Shown one piece after another: positions 20,085 to 26,375 of a DNA stretch of 64,000 nt. The stretch covers positions 5,756-69,755 of the forward strand of contig NZ_DATGXL010000005.1 in NCBI RefSeq assembly GCF_035299005.1. The letters run 5' to 3'. The stretch's first letter is position 1. Every line of letters starts with the position of its first letter. The position numbers and the translations under genes were made by a program. Under the pieces are notes generated by a model. That model was given only the letters and a program-made list of their open reading frames with translations, did not search any database and was not told where the DNA came from. Origin of the DNA: Flavobacterium sp. Its GTDB lineage: Bacteria > Bacteroidota > Bacteroidia > Flavobacteriales > Flavobacteriaceae.

Positions 20085-20092
20085 ATTTAGCC

Positions 20093-20289
20093 ATGAAAAA
20101 TATTATTTATACTATCATCTTTACAATATTATTATTAATCAGCTTTTTTTTAAAGAAGAGTTTATCTATTTTAGTATTTACGATAATTATTATGTGATTT
20201 CATATTTTACAGTTGCGGTTTATATTGCTTTGATATTTTTCTTTGTGTTCTTAGGTAGATTGATTTTTAAGAGGTTAAAAAATAATTAG
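20093..20289 (+). pseudogene. Small two-TM membrane protein gene frameshifted in a T8 run
   Basis: Adding one T at 20144-20151 joins MKNIIYTIIFTILLLISFF to FKEEFIYFSIYDNYYVISY...FKRLKNN, giving 65 aa. Confidence 0.5.
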
Positions 20290-20375
20290 AAAAAAAGAAA
20301 TTACAAGCATTGAATTTAAACCTTTAGAGCTATCAACATACGAATGGTTTCATGGAGGTGAAAGAGAAAAAATAT

Positions 20376-20861
20376 ATGGAAAAGTATAACGAAACCAATC
20401 CATTAGAAAATTGGATAAGTACAGATAATAAATTATCTCAAATGTTGTCTGAAATCGAAACAGTTTCAAATTCTGAACAAGAGCAAGCTAAAATTGCTTT
20501 TCATAGATTAGCGGAAAATTATAATTTACCTAAATATCCTGATGACGTTCAAGATAGAGAAACTATACAAGTTGCTGATTTTCATTTATACAATCCTATT
20601 TCTATATATGAAGTTTTAGGCAAAATTAAGTTTGTAGATAAAAATCTTCAAAATCTAAAATCTAATGTTCTTTTAGCTGCATATCTAATAATAAATAACC
20701 TTGAACCATTTATAGATGAAGAATTAGACGAATTTTTAGGTAATAATCAATTATCTGGTTTTGGCTATAAAGGAGAGGATGTAGATGTTGAAATGATCCC
20801 AATTATTGAAGGAGAAAGTTGGTTTGAAAAAGGGTGTACATTTTTTACAAAAGAGATATAA
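20376..20861 (+). CDS. Acidic cytoplasmic hypothetical protein
   Basis: ORF in the track from 20352; 20376 preferred as start. No recognisable motif. Confidence 0.65.
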   Translation: MEKYNETNPLENWISTDNKLSQMLSEIETVSNSEQEQAKIAFHRLAENYNLPKYPDDVQDRETIQVADFHLYNPISIYEVLGKIKFVDKNLQNLKSNVLLAAYLIINNLEPFIDEELDEFLGNNQLSGFGYKGEDVDVEMIPIIEGESWFEKGCTFFTKEI

Positions 20862-20882
20862 TTCTTTTTAAAATATTAAAAT

Positions 20883-21008
20883 ATGGAATTTAAAATTGAC
20901 AACTTTAGCTTGAGCCTTTTTTTATGGCAACTTTTTATTTTTGTTTTTACAATTTTATTAATCTATTTATTGTATAAATTTATTAAAGGTTTAAAGAAAA
21001 GAAAATAA
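20883..21008 (+). CDS. Small single-TM membrane peptide (41 aa; not in the ORF track)
   Basis: MEFKIDNFSLSLFLWQLFIFVFTILLIYLLYKFIKGLKKRK: hydrophobic core and basic tail. Confidence 0.6.
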   Translation: MEFKIDNFSLSLFLWQLFIFVFTILLIYLLYKFIKGLKKRK

Positions 21009-21025
21009 TTAAAAATAGCAAACTT

Positions 21026-21054
21026 AAAAAATCCCGCAACCGCGGGATTTTTTT
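21026..21054. terminator. Bidirectional terminator
   Basis: aaaaaatcccgc-aacc-gcgggattttttt. Confidence 0.85.
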
Positions 21055-21070
21055 ATTATGAATTACTAAA

Positions 21071-22321
21071 TTATAGTTTAAAGGCAGTTTTTACTTTGTC
21101 TACAAAATCTAATTTTTCCCATGTGAACAATTCAACTGTTAATGTTTTTGTCTCGCCTCCAGGAGCAGAAAATGTTTTTGTTACTGTCTCAGGGGTTCTT
21201 CCCATGTGTCCGTAAGCAGCCGTTTCGCTGTAAATCGGATTTCTTAATTTTAAACGTTGTTCAATAAAGTACGGACGCATATCAAAAATGCTTTCTACTA
21301 CTTTACTGATTTCACCATCTGTTAAGTTCACTTTTGCAGTTCCATAAGTATTTACGTTGATTGATGTTGGTTCAGCAACACCAATTGCATAAGATACTTG
21401 TACTAAAATTTCATCAGCAACACCAGCTGCAACTAAATTTTTAGCAATATGACGTGTAGCATAAGCAGCAGAACGGTCTACTTTAGATGGGTCTTTTCCT
21501 GAGAATGCACCACCACCGTGAGCACCTTTTCCACCGTAAGTATCTACGATAATTTTTCTTCCTGTTAAACCAGTATCTCCGTGAGGTCCTCCAATTACGA
21601 ATTTTCCTGTTGGGTTAATGTGGTATTTAATCGCATCATTAAATAAATGAGCGTATTGAGGATTTTTAGCAATCACTCTTGGAATCAAAATTTCTATAAT
21701 ATCTTTTTTGATTTTCGCTAACATTGTTGGTTCGTCAGCAAAGTCATCATGTTGTGTAGAAACTACAATGGCATCAATACGAACTGGTTTGTTGTCATCG
21801 GAATATTCTAAAGTAACCTGAGATTTTGCATCCGGACGTAAGTAAGTGATTTCTTTGTTCTCTCTTCTTAAATCAGCTAAATCTTGTAATAACTGATGAG
21901 ATAATTTTAAAGCTAACGGCATGAACTCAGCAGTTTCATTTGTGGCATAACCAAACATCATCCCTTGGTCACCAGCACCTTGTTCTTCTTTGCTTGCTCT
22001 GTCAACTCCTTGATTAATATCTGCAGATTGCTCATGAATTGCAGATAAAACTCCACAAGAATTTGCTTCAAACATGTATTCGCTTTTCGTGTAACCAATT
22101 TTCTTGATTACATCTCTTGCGATAGTTTGTACATCTAAATAAGTGTTTGATTTTACTTCTCCAGCTAAAATTACCTGACCTGTAGTAACTAATGTTTCAC
22201 AAGCTACTTTTGACTCAGGGTCAAATGCTAAAAAGTTATCAATTAATGCATCTGAAATTTGATCCGCAACTTTGTCAGGATGCCCTTCACTCACTGATTC
22301 TGACGTAAATAAATAAGCCAT
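21071..22321 (-). CDS. metK: S-adenosylmethionine synthetase
   Basis: [51 protein letters not shown]. Confidence 0.97.
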   Translation of the reverse strand: MAYLFTSESVSEGHPDKVADQISDALIDNFLAFDPESKVACETLVTTGQVILAGEVKSNTYLDVQTIARDVIKKIGYTKSEYMFEANSCGVLSAIHEQSADINQGVDRASKEEQGAGDQGMMFGYATNETAEFMPLALKLSHQLLQDLADLRRENKEITYLRPDAKSQVTLEYSDDNKPVRIDAIVVSTQHDDFADEPTMLAKIKKDIIEILIPRVIAKNPQYAHLFNDAIKYHINPTGKFVIGGPHGDTGLTGRKIIVDTYGGKGAHGGGAFSGKDPSKVDRSAAYATRHIAKNLVAAGVADEILVQVSYAIGVAEPTSINVNTYGTAKVNLTDGEISKVVESIFDMRPYFIEQRLKLRNPIYSETAAYGHMGRTPETVTKTFSAPGGETKTLTVELFTWEKLDFVDKVKTAFKL

Positions 22322-22387
22322 AATTAAATTTTATTATAAATTAAGTGAGAAAAAATATGATTGCAAATAGCGTAAAGGAGTAGGGAA

Positions 22388-22440
22388 TACTGCTTTAGCA
22401 TTTTTTTAATGAGGTCGCAATCAGTTCAAATTTTTCCTCT
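22388..22440 (-). promoter_or_regulatory. SAM-II riboswitch aptamer upstream of metK
   Basis: Minus-strand GAGG-aaaaa-UUUGA-ACUG-AUUGC-GA-CCUC-linker-GCUAAAG-CAGU: P1 GAGG/CCUC, P2 ACUG/CAGU and AUUGC/GCUAA, matching the SAM-II pseudoknot. Confidence 0.8.
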
Positions 22441-22453
22441 TTGTTTTAGGGTG

Positions 22454-22461
22454 CAAATGTA
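22454..22461 (-). promoter_or_regulatory. -7 promoter element for metK
   Basis: TACATTTG on the minus strand just upstream of the aptamer. Confidence 0.7.
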
Positions 22462-22606
22462 TGAAATGAAATTGAATTCCAAATAGTTGTTTACTTATTT
22501 TTTTTAAAAATGTACTTTATCGGAATTTTTGTATGCTTTATCGAAAATATGACTTGTAATTGCTTGTTATTCATATATTTATGTTGAATTTTTAAAACAT
22601 ATTGAT

Positions 22607-23494
22607 ATGGTTAAAAAACTACTTTCTTTTAGCTTTTTGTTAGTATCGCTAACATTTCAAGCGCAAAATTTAATTAGCGAAGGTTTTGATACTTATGCTA
22701 ATTTAGCGACTTCTGGTTGGACATCAACTAATCAAAGTACTGTTATTGGAACTAACCCAGATTGGTTTCAAGGGAATCCTGTAGCTAGTGGAGGCCCTTT
22801 TGACTCCTATGTTGGGGCTACTAATTCTTATGTTGCATGTAATTATAATAGTACTGCTGGAGCCAATACGATTAGTAATTGGTTAATGACTCCTGTGGTT
22901 AGTCTTGTTAATGGAGATGTTATCACTTTTTATACAAGAACTGTCACTTCACCTGCATATGCAGATAGGTTACAATTAAGAATTAGTACTAATGGAGCGG
23001 CTTCAGCTAACCCAGTTGGTGCAACAGGAGTTGGTGATTATACCACTTTAGCTTTAGATGTAAATCCATCACTAGTTGCTTCAAGTTATCCTAATGCATG
23101 GACTCTGTATAGTTATACGGTTTCTGGTTTGCCAACAGCTACTAATTGTAAAATTGCATTTAGATATTTTGTTACAAATGGAGGTCCTTCTGGAGCTAAT
23201 TCAGATTATATTGGAGTTGATTCATTTTCTGTAGATAGACCGTTAAGCTCTGATTCGTTTTTTAAAAATAATTTTTCACTATATCCTAATCCTGTTAATA
23301 ATGTGCTAAATATTTCTATAAAAAATGAATTGTCCATTACTAAATTGACAATTACTGATATAAATGGAAGAATCGTGATTTCAGAATCTTCAGTAATTAA
23401 TTCTTTAAATGTTTCAGATTTATCATCGGGTATATATTTAGTATCTATTGAAACGAATGAAGGAAAAGGGACTGCTAAATTTGTAAAAAATTAA
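22607..23494 (+). CDS. T9SS type-A cargo protein with choice-of-anchor J (cleaved-adhesin-like) domain
   Basis: Signal peptide; TISNWLMTP, ADRLQLRIST, YIGVDSF; CTD FSLYPNPV...GIYLVSI...KFVKN. Confidence 0.85.
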   Translation: MVKKLLSFSFLLVSLTFQAQNLISEGFDTYANLATSGWTSTNQSTVIGTNPDWFQGNPVASGGPFDSYVGATNSYVACNYNSTAGANTISNWLMTPVVSLVNGDVITFYTRTVTSPAYADRLQLRISTNGAASANPVGATGVGDYTTLALDVNPSLVASSYPNAWTLYSYTVSGLPTATNCKIAFRYFVTNGGPSGANSDYIGVDSFSVDRPLSSDSFFKNNFSLYPNPVNNVLNISIKNELSITKLTITDINGRIVISESSVINSLNVSDLSSGIYLVSIETNEGKGTAKFVKN

Positions 23495-23514
23495 AAGATA
23501 TTTTACGTAATTTA

Positions 23515-23549
23515 AAAGAAAAAAGAGGCTTTTGCTTCTTTTTTCTTTT
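23515..23549 (+). terminator. Intrinsic terminator
   Basis: aaagaaaaaagaggc-tttt-gcttcttttttcttt. Confidence 0.75.
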
Positions 23550-23668
23550 ATAATAGATTTTATTTTTGTTATTTATTGTTTTATATGAATAAAAATCTAT
23601 AAAATTGTTTTAAAATAACAAAATTTAGAAAAATAATCTATTTATTTTTTTATTTTAGAAAATAAATC

Positions 23669-23676
23669 TAATTTTG
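23669..23676 (+). promoter_or_regulatory. -7 promoter element for the metY leader
   Basis: TAATTTTG 25 nt upstream of the leader ATG. Confidence 0.65.
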
Positions 23677-23701
23677 CTCCATCAAATTAAAAGAAATAAA
23701 A

Positions 23702-23776
23702 ATGAACTTTACAATTTGCTATATCTGTATGACAATGTGGAATAATCCGCAGAGGTATTGTATTGCATATTTTTAA
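23702..23776 (+). CDS. Cys/Met-rich attenuator leader peptide (24 aa)
   Basis: MNFTICYICMTMWNNPQRYCIAYF; contains gcagaggt, complementary to the downstream terminator stem. Confidence 0.75.
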   Translation: MNFTICYICMTMWNNPQRYCIAYF

Positions 23777-23797
23777 AGAAACTTAAATAATCAATAT

Positions 23798-23826
23798 AAC
23801 CTCTGTCTAAAGCAGAGGTTTTTTAT
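23798..23826 (+). terminator. Attenuator terminator of the metY operon leader
   Basis: aacctctg-tctaaag-cagaggtt followed by T4. Confidence 0.85.
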
Positions 23827-23844
23827 TTCTAATAACACAACAGT

Positions 23845-23895
23845 ATGAAAATAGCAATTTACAATCCAAGACGATGTTGTCGAATGTGTAGCTGA
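23845..23895 (+). CDS. Second Cys-rich uORF (16 aa)
   Basis: MKIAIYNPRRCCRMCS, between the attenuator and metY. Confidence 0.5.
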   Translation: MKIAIYNPRRCCRMCS

Positions 23896-23958
23896 ATCAA
23901 ACTCAGTAAAATCAAAAAAATACATTTAAAAACACAATAACATCAAAAATAAAATATC

Positions 23959-25251
23959 ATGAGCACAAATAAATTTGCAACAAACGCATTACACGCAGGA
24001 CACGACATAACTAAAAATGGAGGAACAAGAGCCGTTCCAATTTACCAAACTACTTCCTACGTGTTCAATAACTCAGACCACGCTGCCAATCTTTTTGGTT
24101 TAGCCGAAGCTGGTTTTATTTATACAAGATTAAATAATCCAACAAACGATATCTTAGAAAAACGTTTAGCTAAATTAGAAGGCGGAATCGGAGCTGTCGT
24201 AACCGCTTCAGGAACTGCTGCTATTTCAACTGCTTTATTAACATTATTAAAAGCGGGCGACCATATAGTAGCTTCTAACAGTTTATATGGCGGAACATAT
24301 AATTTATTAAATGTGACTTTGCCAAGATTAGGCATCACCACAACATTTGTTGATCCATCAAATCCAGAAAATTTCTTAAATGCAGCTCAAGAAAATACCA
24401 GAGTGTTCTTCGCCGAAAGTTTAGGAAATCCAAAATTAGATGTACTCGATTTAAAAGCCATTTCAAAAGCCGCACAAACCTACAAAGTGCCTTTTATTGT
24501 GGATAACACAGTGGCAACACCCTTTTTGCTAAACCCAATCGAACACGGAGCTAACATCGTCATTCATTCATTAACGAAATACATCGGTGGAAACGGAACT
24601 TCGCTTGGAGGTGTTATCATTGATGCAGGAAATTTTGACTGGAGCAACGGAAAATTCCCAGAATTCACAGAACCTTCTGCAGGTTATCACGGATTGAAAT
24701 ATTATGAAGTATTAGGTGCAGCTTCGTTCATAGCAAAAGTTAGAATCGAAGGTTTACGCGATTTAGGTGCTGCTTTGAGTCCATTTAATGCATTTCAAAT
24801 TATTCAAGGATTAGAAACATTGGCTATCCGAATCAAAAAGCATAGTGAAAATGCTTTGGAATTAGCGAAATGGTTGCAAAAACGTTCAGAAGTGGCTTGG
24901 GTAAATTATCCAGGATTAATTTCTTCAAAATATTATGATTTAGCCCAACAATATTTACCAGAAGGACAAAGTGGTATCGTAACTTTTGGATTAAAAGGCG
25001 GTTATGAAGCCGCTAAAAAAGTAGCTGATGAGACTCAATTTTTCTCATTATTAGCGAATATTGGTGATACAAAATCATTAATCATTCATCCTGCAAGTAC
25101 TACGCACCAACAATTGTCAGAAGAACAACAAATTACAACTGGAGTAACGAAAGATTTAATACGTTTATCAGTTGGATTAGAAGATATTGAAGACTTGAAA
25201 ACCGATTTACAAAGTGTTTTCGAAAAATTGCCAGTTCAAAATTTAGTTTAG
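23959..25251 (+). CDS. metY: O-acetylhomoserine aminocarboxypropyltransferase/cysteine synthase (OAH/OAS sulfhydrylase)
   Basis: IYTRLNNPT, HSLTKYIGG PLP lysine, LANIGDTKSLIIHPASTTHQQL, IRLSVGLE. Confidence 0.92.
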   Translation: MSTNKFATNALHAGHDITKNGGTRAVPIYQTTSYVFNNSDHAANLFGLAEAGFIYTRLNNPTNDILEKRLAKLEGGIGAVVTASGTAAISTALLTLLKAGDHIVASNSLYGGTYNLLNVTLPRLGITTTFVDPSNPENFLNAAQENTRVFFAESLGNPKLDVLDLKAISKAAQTYKVPFIVDNTVATPFLLNPIEHGANIVIHSLTKYIGGNGTSLGGVIIDAGNFDWSNGKFPEFTEPSAGYHGLKYYEVLGAASFIAKVRIEGLRDLGAALSPFNAFQIIQGLETLAIRIKKHSENALELAKWLQKRSEVAWVNYPGLISSKYYDLAQQYLPEGQSGIVTFGLKGGYEAAKKVADETQFFSLLANIGDTKSLIIHPASTTHQQLSEEQQITTGVTKDLIRLSVGLEDIEDLKTDLQSVFEKLPVQNLV

Positions 25252-25266
25252 GTTTTTGTTTGTTTC

Positions 25267-25311
25267 AAAGACTGCCAATAGTTCGCACCTAAAGGCAGTC
25301 TTTGTTTTTTT
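25267..25311 (+). terminator. Intra-operon hairpin between metY and metX
   Basis: aaagactgcc-N17-ggcagtcttt followed by gT7. Confidence 0.6.
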
Positions 25312-25319
25312 AAAGAAAA

Positions 25320-26285
25320 ATGTGTAAGATTCAAAAGTTCGTATTTAATACTGTTCCATTGCAAAATGGAGTAGTACAATCAAAAGTGATTTTGTCCTAT
25401 CAATTGTTTGGTCAATCTATTGGTTCGGCTCCTTTGGTAGTGGTGAATCATGCTTTGACAGGAAATTCGCAAGTTATTGGTGAAAACGGTTGGTGGCAAT
25501 CCTTAATTGGTGATGATAAAATTATCGATACCAAAAAATATGCAGTTTTAGCTTTCAATATTCCCGGAAACGGCTATCAAGACAAAGAAAATTTGATTGA
25601 AAATTATCAAGATTTTACAAACCACGATATTGCTAATTTATTCTGGAAAGGAATTGATTCGTTTAAAGTGAATCAAGTTTTTGTAGTCATTGGCGGAAGT
25701 TTAGGCGGTGCAATTGCATGGGAAATGGCAGGAATTCGACCAAAAGCGATTTCAAATTTAATTCCAGTAGCAACAAATTGGAAAGCTTCTGATTGGTTGA
25801 TTGGAAATGTGTTAATTCAAGATTTGATTCTGAATAATTCCAAAAATCCAATTTACGATGCTCGAATTCACGCTATGTTATTGTATCGAACATCTGAATC
25901 ATTACAAGAAAAATTTAACACCAAATTGCAAAATTCAGAAGGATTGTTTCAAGTAGAAAGTTGGTTGTTGCATCACGGAGAAAAATTGCAAAATCGATTT
26001 CAACTTTCGGCCTACAAACTCATGAATCATTTATTGAAAACTACGGATATTTTTAAAAGCAACAATAAATCAGATGTCATCAAAAGTATCTCGTCAAATA
26101 TTCATCTAATAAGTGTGGACACAGATTACTTTTTTACGGCAAACGAAATCAAAACGGCTTTTCAAGAAGTCAAGAATTACAAAAACAACGCATTTTATCA
26201 CGAAATCAAATCCATTCACGGACACGATGCTTTCTTGATAGAATTTGAACAATTAAACAACATACTAAAACCTATATTTAATTAA
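25320..26285 (+). CDS. metX: Homoserine O-acetyltransferase family (alpha/beta hydrolase)
   Basis: NHALTGNS, GGSLGG nucleophile elbow, SIHGHDAFLIE. Confidence 0.85.
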   Translation: MCKIQKFVFNTVPLQNGVVQSKVILSYQLFGQSIGSAPLVVVNHALTGNSQVIGENGWWQSLIGDDKIIDTKKYAVLAFNIPGNGYQDKENLIENYQDFTNHDIANLFWKGIDSFKVNQVFVVIGGSLGGAIAWEMAGIRPKAISNLIPVATNWKASDWLIGNVLIQDLILNNSKNPIYDARIHAMLLYRTSESLQEKFNTKLQNSEGLFQVESWLLHHGEKLQNRFQLSAYKLMNHLLKTTDIFKSNNKSDVIKSISSNIHLISVDTDYFFTANEIKTAFQEVKNYKNNAFYHEIKSIHGHDAFLIEFEQLNNILKPIFN

Positions 26286-26375
26286 GATGAAATCGCTCAC
26301 AGAACTTTTTGCGAAAGCAAAATCCAATAAAAAAGCGATACCATTTTTTACCACTGAAAAATAAAATCTAAAAAA

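Noticed and set aside
17673-21025. Complete integron or genomic island with att sites
   Set aside because: No integrase, no flanking direct repeat, and only one imperfect attC-like hairpin.
23550-23670. MetJ met-boxes or MetR sites
   Set aside because: AGA/TCT half-sites recall AGACGTCT, but the spacing and central bases do not fit, and there is no TGAA-N5-TTCA; treated as an unknown operator instead.
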